Of a stretch of DNA of 64,000 bases, positions 43,421 through 58,113 are shown in pieces. Both the position numbers and the translations under genes were made by a program. The notes beneath the pieces are model-generated. The model worked only from the letters and a program-made list of their open reading frames with translations, was not told the origin of the DNA and ran no database searches. Positions within the stretch are counted from its first letter, which is position 1. The number at the start of each line of letters is the position of its first letter. Origin of the DNA: Octopus vulgaris (Eukaryota); assembly GCA_951406725.2 (NCBI GenBank), contig OX597815.1, forward strand, positions 155,868,001-155,932,000, in the 5' to 3' direction.

Positions 43421-43968
43421 GGGTGAGAGAGCAGTGCATGCCATCAAAGTGACACTGGGGCAAAATATACGAAGCCCAGTATACCCATCATGACTACCCG
43501 TCTGATAAGGGTACACTAGGCACATGCATCACAACCATATGTGCGCGACATGGTGATCTCATATCAAGATAAACAGCACATGACCTTGCAGGTGGGGCCC
43601 AGTTAGAATTTTCTTCAGGTCGAGTAACCCATCCCACTCGAAAGGTCCCTGAATAAGGGTTGTTTAAGGAGGTTGAACGAAACACCCATGTTTCCAGAGG
43701 TGAATTATTCAAACCCCAAACAATCCCTCTCAACACACGGCTATGATGCTCCCTCACTACTTCTACTCGTGATCAGAGATGCACATATCGTCAACCACTA
43801 AGGGACATGCTCAACTGGTTAAGGTCAAACAACTGACAAACAAATCTGTGGTATTGAGCAGAATATTTGATGTAGCCCATCTTTTATACCAAGACAAAAC
43901 AATGTACATGATAACACTTCCAATCAGTTAAGATCAGAAGCCATGAGAGCCACTGCCTGGTACTGCAT
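43421..43968. mobile_element. (TAA)n-associated element, copy 3
   Basis: Best-preserved copy, lying between (TTA)n tracts. Confidence 0.75.
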
Positions 43969-43976
43969 CATCATCA

Positions 43977-44040
<64 letters not shown>

Positions 44041-44240
44041 GGTGGTGAGCTGACAGATTTGTTAGCACGCCGGGCAAGATGCTTAGCGGCTTTTCGTCTT
44101 CTTTACGTTCTGAGTTCAAATTCCGCCGAGATCGACTTTGCCTATTATCCTTTCGGGGCCGATGAATCACTGGGGTCGATATTAGTGACTAGTCCCCTGC
44201 CGCCAAAAAAAAAATCAGTCCTTGTGCCTTTAGTACAATG
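44041..44240 (+). mobile_element. SINE family B
   Basis: TTCTGAGTTCAAATTCCGCCGAGATCGACTTTGCC. Confidence 0.8.
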
Positions 44241-44241
44241 G

Positions 44242-44294
<53 letters not shown>

Positions 44295-44311
44295 CATTAT
44301 TATCATTATTA

Positions 44312-44391
<80 letters not shown>

Positions 44392-44394
<3 letters not shown>

Positions 44395-44872
44395 TAGTTT
44401 TATTTTTATATCGTGCTTTCACATCACTACCGAGCACAGCTCTGTGTGCCTTGGATATGTGCTGTGGTTTCTTGTGATGCTCTGTATTGAAAGTGTTTGG
44501 TGTTGGATGTGTGCAGTGCCCAGTAGTGCAATTTTCTGTATGCTATATATATTTGTAAGTCCTGGTGGTTTTGTTATGTATTTGCCTGACTATTTTTTTT
44601 ATCATACCTAATGCGCAAATTATGATAGGAATTGTTTCAGTTTTTAGATTCCACATTCGAGTTACCTCTATTTCTAGATCTTTGTATTTTGAAAGTTTCT
44701 CCATTTCTTTTAGAGAAACGTTGTCATCTGCTGGTATTGATACATCAATTAGTAAGCATTTTTTTCTTCATGATCTCTGACAACTATATCTGGCTTTAAT
44801 TTCTCTATCTCTGTGTATTGGCATATCCCAGAGTATGGTTGATTTTTCGTTTTCTGTGACGTTTTCTTTTTC
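44392..44872 (-). pseudogene. 5'-truncated R4/Dong LINE: restriction-like endonuclease remnant plus 3' UTR
   Basis: ILWDMPIHRDREIKA..DIVV...CLLIDVSIPADDNVSLKEMEKLSKYKDLEIEVTRMW...QKIALLGTAHI, read across frameshifts. Confidence 0.85.
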
Positions 44873-44929
<57 letters not shown>

Positions 44930-45017
44930 GTTGTTGTTGTTGTTAATTGTTGTTATTATTATTATTATTATTGTTCCTCTTCTTTTATTATTATTATTAT
45001 TATTATTGTTCCTCTTC

Positions 45018-45063
<46 letters not shown>

Positions 45064-45080
45064 AAATATTATTATTATTA

Positions 45081-46815
45081 TCATTTATGGTTTCCTTTCA
45101 TTATAACTTTATTGTAGCTGCCTTAGTCCCGAGCATCCTCCGGAGGCCAAGAGTAGCAAGGGCAATCTTTTGTGGCATATTTCAGCTGTTTTTTATCACT
45201 ATTTACCAAATACTCGGCAAGCTCTCTCCTTTCACTTCTTATACAACGGTCAATACTAATTAGTCCTCTGCCGCCATTCTTTCTTTTCATATACAGTCTG
45301 TTTACGTTTGCTTTAGGGCGTAGCACCCTATGCAGCGTCATCAACTTTTTTTTCCTTCTGGCCAGTGTTGATATTTCCTCCTTAGTCCATTTGAGGACGG
45401 ACGCACTATATCTGACCAGCGCAACTGCCCAGATATTCATTGCGGTAATCAAAGTTTTGGTATTGAGATTGGATTTCAGCACCATCTTCACTCATTTTTG
45501 ATACGCCTCGCTGACCTTGACTTTCATTTCTCTGTGTAGAATGTCATCCAGCTCCAAAATCCCCTAAATACCTATACCCATCACCGTCGGGTTCACCCAT
45601 GGTCTCCCCTGATGGTAACCGCACTCCTCTGCAGGCTGCTTTCTTCCCTCTTTTTATATTAAGTACTGAGTATTTGGCAATCCCAAATTCCATACTGATA
45701 TCCCTGCCACACTTCTGGACTGTTTTGGTTAAGGAATCTATCTGTTTTTCAGATTTCCAAAACAATTTTAGGTCATTCATAAACAGAAGATGATTCAGTG
45801 ATGTACCTTTCTCCCCACCTCGGTAACCCATCTTAACTATCCTAAGTGTCATTGTTATAGGTATTAGTGCAATTACAAATCATAACGGAGAAAATGAGTC
45901 ACCTTGGAAGATGCCCCTTTTAATATTAACTTCTCCAAGGAATACATTACTTGAGTACAATTCGGTTTTCTACTGTTTCATGCTATGCATCTGAAAATTT
46001 GTGATGTTGTCAGCAACACCAAACATCTGCAGGCATTCAATGATCCAAGAATGAGGCATCATATTATATACCTTCTTTAAATCAATCCAAGCCAAAGACA
46101 TGTTTGTATGATGCTTTTTACAAGGCCTCAAAACTGTTTTATCGATTTCCAGGTGATCCTTAGTGCCCTGAGAACTCTTCCTTCATCCTTTTTGTTCCCT
46201 TGGTAGTATTTCTTCCTGTACCAGGAAAATGTATGTCCTTTCCGCGCATATTCCAGTGAGTATCATCCAGATTATGTTTAAGCATGCTATGGGACGGTAG
46301 TTTGCCACAATATTCCCCTTTCTTCTATCTTTCATTACAAGTATTGTCCTCCCTGTCACCACCCACGTGAGGTCTGTATCTTTCTGGACACACTCATTCA
46401 ATTGGTCTGATAGTCTTTCATGCACCGTGTGGCATTTCTTCAGCCAAAAGCCACAAATCTCATTTGGTCCGGGGGCTTTCCAGTTACGCACTTTACCCAC
46501 TTGTTCTTTCACGTCAATTAGTGCTTATGACAATATTCCTTCGTTTCTTTCTTCCTTGTAATTCTGTCTTGATAGTTCATATCCACATTGCATCCCTTTT
46601 ATGCACCACATTGTTTCCCCATAATCCGCTCCAGAACTCCTAGGCTTGATTTGCACCAGGAGCAACATTTTCCCCCATTGTCTCCTTCTAACGTTCGGAA
46701 GAATTGCTTCGGGTTATTTTTGAACAATCTGTTCTCCTCAACTGCTTATTTCTGTTCACAAATCTTCTGATCGTCTGGCTTTTTGCCATGATCCTGTTTT
46801 AACTGCTCAGCCGTT
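45081..46815 (-). pseudogene. R4/Dong-clade reverse transcriptase pseudogene lacking the endonuclease domain
   Basis: NWKAPGPN, NYRPIACL, EQKG, NHLLFMNDLKLF, YRYLG and RLYMKRKNGGRGL motifs with stops and frameshifts; jumps to QKIALATLGLRRMLGT at ~45170. Confidence 0.9.
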
Positions 46816-47033
46816 GTCGCCATCGTCATCGTTAATATTTTAATCATTATTATTTTAGAAATTAAGCTTAATAAAATAACTAATTTTCTATGTAGCGAGG
46901 TAAGATCTCTAATTTGTACAGAAAAACCTTATAGAAATCTATGATAACATCTGATGCCATCTGAAGAGTATTAACAATGTAGACGAAGTGATCAAGTTAC
47001 AATCAAGAATACACACACACACACACACACACT

Positions 47034-47104
<71 letters not shown>

Positions 47105-47534
47105 CATACACACGCACGCACACATATATATACATACAACTATACAACTCCCGGCATAAAACTCTACACGACAATACTTACCATATACTAACATTAAGAT
47201 TGTCCAGTTCGATAGATTTGATAGGATACGACACTCAGAACTGTGTTCAATAAAGCTTTCACAAATATCTAAATTGATTAATATATTGTGTTTATCTAGT
47301 TATGAGATTTACTATGGACAAGACTAATCTTTGTAAACAGGTGTGGTTTTATATCTTATTTACCTACCTGCATAGTCTCATGTACTGAACCTAGTGAAAC
47401 GTAAGCTTGATCTTAACAAATAATGTTTTATTTACAATACATTTCAATATAAGGATAGTTTTAATGATGAAAATTGTGTTGTTACTCTTTATGGTAATAA
47501 TAACAGTAAGAACATTATTCTCATCATAATAACA

Positions 47535-48075
47535 GCAGCGTGATGGCAGATCGTTAGAGTAAAGGTAAAAAAGAATTATTTGCGGTATTTGCTCCGACTT
47601 CAAATCCTGTCGTGAGTCACTTATAAGGTCGGTAAAATGAAGTGCCTGTCAAATACCGGGGTAAATGGTATCAACTGACCCACTCTTTACGCTTAATTTT
47701 ACGACTAAATTACGAAACACTAAAAACACTAAAAAAAAAAACGTGGCTTGCCAGAATCATCAGAGCGTCAGAAAAACTACTTTGCGGCATTTGTTCTGTC
47801 AGTTTACGTTGAGTTCAAATCCAGTCGAGGTCAACTTCGCTTTTCATCCTTTCAAGATTAATAGAATAAAGTCTGAGTCAAACACTGAGGTCAATGTAAT
47901 CAACAAACCCCATCCCTCTAAAATTACTAGTCTTGTGCCAAAATTTGAATCCATTAAGGGGCTGAGCTGGCAAAGTCATTACTATACCGGACAAAATGCG
48001 TGGCGTCACTCCTCCTGGATATTTAAGGTCTGAGTTCAATTTCTGCCGAGGTCGATCTTGTCTTTCATCTTTTTG
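47535..48075 (+). mobile_element. Cluster of decayed SINE-B copies
   Basis: Repeated GAGTTCAAAT...GAGGTCAACTTCGCTTTTCATCC-like modules. Confidence 0.6.
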
Positions 48076-48312
48076 GCATACATAATCGGCTATCCCACTC
48101 CGCTAAAATGATTGTACCCTAGTTGTCTCTAAGAAGACTGTTTTCTGGAGCTGCATATTATTATTATTAGAACTGTTTTTGCTATTAATCTCTCTTTCTA
48201 GTTTAATCATGTCTATGATATCTGGAGTACGGAAGGCATGAGCGTGTTTATCTCAGCCACAACAAAGTAGAGTTTCTCCATTGAAAAAACAAACAAAAAA
48301 CAACATTATATA

Positions 48313-48730
48313 TGCAGGAGTGTCTGTGTGGTAAGTAGCTTGCTAACCAACCACATGGGTCCGGGTTCAGTCCCACTGCGTGGCATCTTGGGCAAGCGTC
48401 TTCTGCTATAGCCCCGGGCCGACGAATGCCTTGTGAGTGGATTTGGTAGACGGAAGCTAAAAGAAGCCTGTCGTATATATGCACATATATATATATATAT
48501 ATATATGTATATGTGTGTGCGTTTGTGTGTCTGTGTCTGTACCCCTAGCATTGCTTGACAACCGATGCTGGTGTGTTTACGTCCTCGTCACTTAGCGGTT
48601 CGGCAAAAGAGACTGATAGAATAAGTACAAAGAATAAGTCCCGGTGTCGATTTGCTCGACTAAAGGCGGTGCTCCTGCATGGCCGCAGTCAAATGACTGA
48701 AACATATAAAAAAGTACAAGAGAGAGTAAA
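48313..48730 (+). mobile_element. SINE family A, full length
   Basis: High similarity to the reverse complement of 6317-6728. Confidence 0.85.
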
Positions 48731-49416
48731 GAGTATATATAATTTATCATTAACAGAAGGTGATAAAGTGAGAGGAACTGTAGAGTACCGTACAAATTAC
48801 CTTATATTATTTCATTTAATCTCTCTACATTCTGAGTTCAAACTTCACTGGTTATAAACATTATCTGTTATTCTTTAGTCAAGAATATACACTTCTTTTA
48901 CTCCTGCTCTTGTGCCGATTTCAGAAATTCATATTAAGATGAATAATAATGGTATACTGAGGATTAAGACTAAGCATTCAATAAGTTCATTGTTATTTAT
49001 TCAATTATCTCACCCTATTAATTTTGATTGTACATTGTTCATAGAGCTGCTGGCTTGCTTTTCTTTAGCTCTCAGTATACGAATATTAAGAAAGAGTGAA
49101 ACCTGTTATGTTACTCAAACAAATGTATTAATGTGTTTTGCTGAAGGGCTGCATAAATCTTTTTTGTTATAAGAAGAGATAAAAAAGAGAAACCCAAGTA
49201 GATACTGAGTATTAACCTGAAAACATGATGATCTCCTTTATAGAAAACTGGAACTATCAGTAAGCTTGTTTTCTTACAAACGCACTTATACACAAAATGC
49301 CTTTCGGTATTTCCTTATATGCAAACGCATAATGGAAGAGAGAGGAAAGAGAGAGTTCGGTACAAATATTTGTTGGAATCTTGACAACATGTGCATATCT
49401 ATCCATCCATCCATAC

Positions 49417-49464
<48 letters not shown>

Positions 49465-49470
<6 letters not shown>

Positions 49471-49759
49471 TAATTAATCAATTAATAATTTTACCAAGTA
49501 GTTCGGTATGTTAAAATAACCATTATCGGTAACCTTATGCAAAAATCCTATAATTATAAGCATAATTATAATTAAGGTTCAGCAAAAATTGCTTCCCCAA
49601 ATACCGAGATTTAGAAATAGCAGTTAAATACTATTCCACTACCATCAAATATCTCCCCGACAGTAATGCTCTCAACTCACGCAAATAAAGAGACAAAAAT
49701 AACAAATCTACCCGGGTACCCTAATTATAATTATGCTTATAATTATAGAATTTTTGTAA

Positions 49760-49760
<1 letters not shown>
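49465..49760. mobile_element. Fold-back fragment related to the 13023 family
   Basis: AATTAATTAATC...ACCAAGTA...TTAGAAATAGCAG...CTCAACTCACG is shared with 13040-13260. The inverted CTATAATTATAAGCATAATTATAATTA appears at ~49548 and ~49722. Confidence 0.65.
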
Positions 49761-49857
<97 letters not shown>

Positions 49858-50294
49858 CTTTCTCATCATCATCCTAATTGTAGACATTCAGTTATAGTTC
49901 CGTTGCTAATGAAGAACATTTTATAAAATTCTTTTATTTTTTATTTTATATTTATATATATATATATATTTATTTACTACTCACAAGGAGCTAACAACAC
50001 AGAGGGGACAAACAAGGACAGACAAAGGGATTAAGTCGATTACATCGACCCCAGTACGTAACTGATACTTAATTTATCGACCCTGAAAGCGAAAGCGACC
50101 GATAGAATAAGTACCAGCTTTTAAAAAATAAGACCTGGGGTTGATTTGTTCGATTAAATCCTTCAAGGCAGCACCCAACATGGCTTCAGTCAAATGACTG
50201 AAACAAATAAAAGATGTGTAAGGAGGTGTTATGCATGATGGATGGTATCTAAGAGATGGTATCTCGTTAGGAAGGCAGTTATCTTTTTATTTCA

Positions 50295-50390
50295 ATATCA
50301 CTCAAATACTTTAACATAAGAGGTTAGTGAGATTGGTTGGTAATTCACTGTGAGTCGCTTAATAAAAGATGAATTGACATGACGAGGATA
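50295..50390 (-). pseudogene. CR1/L2-type RT fragment
   Basis: NYQPISLTSYVKVFE resembles NYRPISLTSxxxKxxE. Confidence 0.45.
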
Positions 50391-50449
50391 GAAATGTTTA
50401 TGCATAATATTTGAGTTCAGCGATTTCCTATAGAGATTAGTAAGCGGAA

Positions 50450-50515
50450 ATTCAAGATGATGTCTGCACTCTTGCACACACAGACACACACAGACACACA
50501 CAGACACACACAGAC

Positions 50516-50550
<35 letters not shown>

Positions 50551-51608
50551 CACACATACATAATACATACATACGCATATGCACTGTATACGTTTGAAGA
50601 CAACAGGAGTTATACAGTATCAGTGATATCTAACACCATCATTTCCTACAGATGTTTCAATAATTCTTAAATAGTCACCATAATAGCAACAACCATGGAG
50701 AAATAACATTGGTGATGCTTTTCCTCAAGTAGAAACTGCAGGAGTTGCTCAGACGTATTACGACTCTTCTAAATCTATCGCAGTGTCGGAAACTCTTCCA
50801 TATCATCAGCAGATCACAAGCGTTTCGTAAGCTTAGCCTAAGTGGGGCAGTGAGGACTTACGACTATATAATTATATAGTCATTTCTACTATAGGCACAA
50901 TACCTTAGATTTTAGGGAAGTGACTAATCGATTGCATCAACCTCAGTACTTGACTGGTACTTTACTTTAATCGATCCCGATTGGATAAAAGGCAAAATCG
51001 ATCTGGGAGGAATTTGAACTCAGAATACAGAGACGAAATGCCTCCATGCATTTTGTCCAGTATGCTAACAATTATGTACTAATGTAATAATATAATTATA
51101 CAGGACGTACAAATCACATTTTCCAGACCTTTGGAAATATGATTGCTAAATCACAACAACCGTTAGAGGAGAATAGGAGAAAAAGATACAAGAAATATGA
51201 TGTAGAGGAAACAAAGGATTTATAGACATAGGCTGAGTAGAAAGATGTAAAGATACCGAAAAAGAAGTATGGATGAGGTAGCAAAAGAACTGAATATAAT
51301 AACAAAAAAAAAAAAAAGAAATGAGATTAAAGATAAAAAATAAAAAAATAAAATAAGAGCAATAGTAAATAAATAACGGAAATAGAGAGTAATATTTGTG
51401 AGTATAGTACAGATAAGTGTTCTACTGGTCAATTCCTGATGGTTATAAATTAATTGTTGTAGACATCAAGATAAGTAAAGGTTTAGTCATTCATGAAGGA
51501 GTGTCTCCAGCAGAGTCATGAAGGACAACTCTGGAAAATTGGTCATAAAAGGTCCGGGATGAATGATAAAGAACAATGATAAAGATTCAAGATGATATCC
51601 GCACTCTT

Positions 51609-51647
<39 letters not shown>

Positions 51648-51846
51648 TACCTGCATACATACGCACATACATTGTATACGTTTGAAGACAAAAGAAGATA
51701 TACAGTATCAGTGATATTTAACACCATCATTTCCTACAACTGTTTCAATAATTCTTAAATAGTCACCATAACAGCAACAACCATGGAGAAATAACATTGG
51801 TGATGCTTTGCCTCAATCAGAAACTACAGGAGTTGCTCAGACGTAT
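50450..51846 (+). repeat. Local ~270-310-bp direct duplication (50450-50758 and 51584-51846)
   Basis: TTCAAGATGAT...(CA)n...GGAGTTGCTCAGACGTAT is present in both copies. Confidence 0.85.
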
Positions 51847-52018
51847 CGGCATCATCATACGTATAAACACACACATATATTGTTGTACTGAAGTCCCCCG
51901 AAAATAATGATATTTTGAAATCACTTAGTACGTACGTTTCGAATCTGCATAATATATATGATAGGAAATAATCCCATTACGCAAGACCTTCCTCAGGTGA
52001 TACATTTCAAAATATTCA

Positions 52019-52188
<170 letters not shown>

Positions 52189-52779
52189 ACAAGGCATAAA
52201 TAATGTTGATTGTAGTAAATTTGACTTACAGCTGTTTCCAGTCGTTATCGGTTCGTTATTGATTGATTTACTCAATCGGTCCTTTGATTGGTTGAGAGAA
52301 ATTGAACGACCTAGAGAATTAATGTTACTTTATGCCTTGTCTTGTATTTTGATGTGTGTAAACGAAACAGTAGAACAGTAGAACACAACCGTAGAATGAT
52401 ATTGAACTATAACCTCGAACTTTGCTACAAGAATACTCGGAGTTTTTTTAGTAATCTGAACAATATTGTTACCTTGGTGTACTTACAGAGAGTTTATAAA
52501 GTGTTTTTCCCGGACTGATAATCCCTCGCTTATAACTCTATTATATATATATATGTATGGTAAAAAAGTCAAGATAGAAAATGCTAAAATAATTTTATAA
52601 AAACCATTTCAGTACCGGTTTTAGTCATTGAGACTTTCTCAACTGTAGCAATTAAACAATTAAATTTAAAAAAATTAAAAGAAATGTTTTTTTTAAAAGA
52701 ATATTTGTATAGTGTCCAAATACAAGTGGAATTTTTCTTGTTTCTGCCTGTCTTTGTCTCTCTTGTTTACTCTTGTAAA

Positions 52780-52992
52780 AACATGTGGATCGTTGGCGAT
52801 TTGTTTTCTCTGTCTTCCTTTTCACTTGGTCTTTCCTCCGTCTCCTGTTCCTGACGAAGAGCCTTGCTCGAAACGTAGAAACTACCTTTCATTCCTTCCT
52901 TGAGCGTCTGCTAATACTTTGCATGTACCATGTCCTTGCAGTGTTGCTTTTTTCTTGTGTTTGTTCTTCATTTTTTGGGGATTTACTATTTA
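52780..52992 (+). mobile_element. Penelope-like terminal fragment with hammerhead motif (52847-52882)
   Basis: GTTC-CTGACGAA-GAGC(CTT)GCTC-GAAA-CG-TA-GAAAC; same family as 56068-56277. Confidence 0.65.
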
Positions 52993-53756
52993 TGTTTACA
53001 TGTATGTATATATATGCATACATATGTTATCACATAAACACACATATGTAAACACGCTGTGTGGCCAATAAAGCCTAATTCATTGAGAAAGATGACTGTT
53101 CCACATTCTTTTTTGCTTCCTATTTATGTGGCAATCAACGATTTTAAGTTGGAAGTGAGTTTAACAAGAACGTGGATCCTAATTGTAACAAATGCTGTAT
53201 TTCAGTTTCATTTATTTAGTTCGCTAGTTATTCATTTTGATGTACAACTTCTGCTGGGACAAAAACAAAACAAAAAAATCTAATAGGACAGCTGTGTCCT
53301 TCTTTTTTAATTATTATTATTATTTTACAATGACATGATTTTGAAAAGAAAGTCTATCAGCTGTATGTAACTTTAAACAATACAACAATACAATGATTAA
53401 CTGGTTCTGTCAATCAATGGGTGAGAAGATCTTACAAAGGCTCGGATTAGATTAGAAGATATACAATATTTTTCCTATATAATACTGTCAATTATTGTTT
53501 AGTGAATGAACTAACATGTAGATTGATTTTTATTTCTACCTCTAATCTGGACTATTTTCATTGATTAAAAACAAAAGGGTTTGAACAGTAAATACAGCTT
53601 TATTGATACAGTAAGGATTCAATAAATGCTAATATCTGTTGTCAAGTACACAATGAATCCTAGAGACAATCATCATGATACAGATCTATAGACTGTCGAA
53701 GAACTTGTCACATGTTTAGAGATCTTTATTACAAAAATATATTATCATAATTATTA

Positions 53757-54207
53757 AGGCGGCAGGGTCGATAGCACACCGGACAAAATGCTTAGCAGCA
53801 TTTCTTTCGGCTCTTTACGTTCTCAGTTCATATTCTGCCGAAGTCGACTTTGCCTTTTATCCTTTCGGGGCCAATAAAATAATTATCATTAAGCACTGTG
53901 GTCGATGTAATCGATTTACGCCCACCCTTGAAATTGCTGGCCCTGTGACAAAATCATCATTATCATCATCAGCATTATTATTATTAGTAGTAGTAGTAAT
54001 GGTAGCAGTAGTAGGCGTAGTAATAAGCCTTACTACTTTAGGCACAAGACCTGCAATTTGACGGGAGTAGGATAGTTATTTTATCGACCACGAAAGAATG
54101 AAAGGTGAAGTTGACCTCGGCAGAATTTGAACTCAGAATGTAAAGACGGCCGAAATGCCGCTAAGCATTTTTCCCAGCGTGCTGATGATTTTGCCAGCTC
54201 GCCGTCT
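53757..54207. mobile_element. Two SINE-B copies, tail-to-tail (+ 53757-53950; - 54030-54207)
   Basis: Family B modules on opposite strands. Confidence 0.75.
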
Positions 54208-54254
<47 letters not shown>

Positions 54255-54632
54255 ATTGAACTAAGCAATATTTGGTTCGATAAGAGGGTGTGGGAAAAAA
54301 CGTTTGTCCTAGATGCCTCATAGAGATATAGAACTCATCATTCGTGGTTGGGAAGCGGAATTCTTAACCCTTCGGCAATGCTTGCATCCACCCAAAGCTG
54401 CACTGTTCTATTGAACATAGCTATAGATTTTTAACCAAAGCTCTATGTGAGTCTATGGGTTTAACATCAGCTGACCTTTGGATACCGTTGGCTTTGATCA
54501 CTCAGTAGCAAGCATTCAGGTCAAGTTTCCGGTTTTAAGATACTATTCGTTTCTCTTAATAGTTTCGGATTCTCTGTACAGCTTTCCCTCTTATGTAAGT
54601 GCGTACATATATATATATATATATATATATAC

Positions 54633-54663
<31 letters not shown>

Positions 54664-54693
54664 CATACATACATACATACATACATACATACA

Positions 54694-54758
<65 letters not shown>

Positions 54759-56028
54759 ATACATATGTATATAGAAAGATATATAGATATATATTTATCG
54801 CAATAATCATCTCTAATTCTTTGAAAGTCACAGCCTAATGCTGCCAGTTCTTTTTTGTCCAAGTATAAAAGCTAGAAAGTCCCAATGTCAAAATCTATAC
54901 TCAGAGAAGTATTTAGATTTTTGTCTATACGAAGTACTAGGTAAAGAAATCGGCAAAATGTAACAAACATTAATGCACAACAGATATCCTAAATGACTAA
55001 TAGACCAAACCGCAGTAAAATATACAACACAATACATCAGATACTAACCATGCCTATTAACAATACACAAGTCCCACAAAAAATGCATTATACGAAAAAC
55101 ATTCACCATAGCTATGAGACATAAAAAGTCTCATAAAATGGAACATGAAACACATACTAAAAAATGCTTAACACAAAAAAACTACCAGAAGAACACTAAT
55201 GTAATAAAAAACCTTAACTATAACTTTGTAGTTTAGAAAAGCTTATAAATCCAAGAACAAGTTACAAATATAATATATACATTTTGTTGTTAACTTTCCC
55301 ACGCTAGTCCTAAAATTACAACGCTCTTTCTTGGACTTCGAGCTTATAAAAAAGGTGCAGCTACAATTCACTACGCAACACAACGCATACCAATTTTAGA
55401 TAAGAAATCCTTAGCGGATAGCACATACGATATATAGTTGTTCACAAAAATAGATGATTAATGATATCAACATTAATCATAACGTAACAATGGTGAAATA
55501 AATATGCAGACAATATCTCACGCATAAAATAAACATGTGACATGAATAATAAATATAACGCTTAAATTTAAAATTTCGTTGATGAATTCTACATAATTTA
55601 TACCCGCTTACAAAGAAAAAAAAAAAGAAAAAAGAAAAAAAGAAAAGAAAAACGGCAATTACGGACGTCAACAAAAGATGAGAGTAAAATTCTGTAATGT
55701 TTATGATGGATTTATAAATTTATTGTTTCAAACGAACTCCATCAAGCTCGTAAAAGAGGAAAAAGAAAACCTTGACAAAGAAGAACATAAAGTATACATT
55801 ACTTTCTGTCTGTGTCACCAGACACATGAATTTATGGATGTATGTATTTACCGTCGGGTTGGTGTTTGGCTTGAAATAACACACTTGATGCGTAAATAGT
55901 TTCTACTTAGTTTTGGCAAATATACTATGTATCAGACAGAAAACTGTTAAAAAGAAAAAAATTCACTCTCTGTCTGTCTGTCTGTCTCTCTCTATCTATC
56001 TATCATCACACACACACACGTTGTATAT

Positions 56029-56394
<366 letters not shown>

Positions 56395-56662
56395 CTGGGT
56401 GAAGAATGGCTGTAAGAAGAATCTAGGTGAGCAGATATGGAGATAATGATGCAGATAAACGAATAAAACTGCTTACGTTAGATATACAAAATATACAGGC
56501 ATGTAAATATGTAAATAGGGAGAAAACAAGGACTGAATATCCATCGTCTAAAAATTTCAGTCTTTGCTTTCTATCTATTTACATGCATATATTTCTATAT
56601 ATTTTGAATATCTAACCAGGCAGGTTTATTCGTTTATCTACGTCATTATCTCTCTCTCTCAC

Positions 56663-56702
<40 letters not shown>

Positions 56703-56720
56703 CCTCTGTATATCTATCTA

Positions 56721-56799
<79 letters not shown>

Positions 56800-56806
56800 A
56801 TATAAA

Positions 56807-57053
56807 TGCGCCCTTTTAAAGCCTAGCCAGGCTCATGGGCCCGGTTTCCCGGTTTCGATGGCGTATGTGTTCCGCAGCTGGACGGGACGCCAGTCCATCG
56901 CAGCGTTACTCATTTTTGCCAGCTGAGTGGACTGGAGCAACGTGAAATGAAGTGTTTTGCTCAAGAACACAACTCGTCGCCCGGTCCAGGAATCGAAACC
57001 ACAATCTTACGATCATGATGCTGACACCCTAACCACTAAGCCACGCACTTCCA
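56807..57053 (-). mobile_element. SINE family C (V-domain-like) with a different tail
   Basis: Minus strand TGGCTTAGTGG / GGTTTCGATTCC boxes and GTTGCTCCAGTCCACTCAGCTGG. Confidence 0.8.
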
Positions 57054-57084
57054 CCCCACTCCCCAACATATATATATTATCGAT

Positions 57085-57445
57085 GACTGGCATCCTTGCT
57101 TGTGGAGCGGGAAGAGCACCATCCGAGCGTGATCGTTGCCAGAGCAGCTAACTGGCTTCCGTGCCGGTGTGTGCAGCTGGCACGTAAAAAACACCATTTG
57201 AGCGTGGCTGCTGCCAGTACCGTCGGACTGGCCCTCGTGCCGGTGGCACGTAAAAGCACCCACTACACTCTCGGAATGGTTGGCGTTAGGAAGGGCATCC
57301 AGCTGTAGAAACTCTGCCAGATCAAGATTGGAGACTGGTGCAGCCATCTGGTTCGCCAGTCCTCAGTCACATCGTCCAACCCATGCTAGTATGGAAAGCG
57401 GACGTTAAACGATGATGATGAAGATGATGAAGATAATGATGATGA

Positions 57446-57484
<39 letters not shown>

Positions 57485-57540
57485 CGATGATGATGAAGAT
57501 GATGATGATGATGATGATGATGATGATAGTGATGATGATG
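57085..57540 (+). mobile_element. RTE-type retroposon 3' region with internal repeats and (GAT/GAC)n tail
   Basis: Repeated GTGCCGGTG..GCACGTAAAA..CACC; GGAAGGGCATCCAGCTGT...GGACGTTAAACGATGATG. Confidence 0.6.
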
Positions 57541-57891
57541 ATATGTGTATATAGAGCATGGGGCATTGAACAAACCTGGTATGCGGATGTGTGCAGTAAA
57601 CACGCTTGGAGGATAGAAAACTCAAGAACTTAAAATGTTATTGACTTGTAGTCATCCTTATATTTCCTTAGGAGAAAGCTGCAGTTGAAATAGTTTCGGT
57701 TATCTTACTTTAGCTTGTCACTGTCTATTTAAGTATGGCTACTTAGATTGTGGTGTAAGTGTCGTACAGCTGTATATCATTACAATTTAATGATATTTTG
57801 AAGCTTCATACGGAGCTATTATTATCTGACAAGACAAAGCAATGATCATTATGTATGTTTCTGTCTACTTATTTATCTCTGTGTGTGTTTG

Positions 57892-57964
<73 letters not shown>

Positions 57965-57975
57965 ATGTATATATG

Positions 57976-58113
<138 letters not shown>

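Noticed and set aside
54880-55450. A/C-skewed block (and G/T-skewed 42120-42500) as coding remnant
   Set aside because: Strand skew suggests old retroelement DNA, but no motif could be read.
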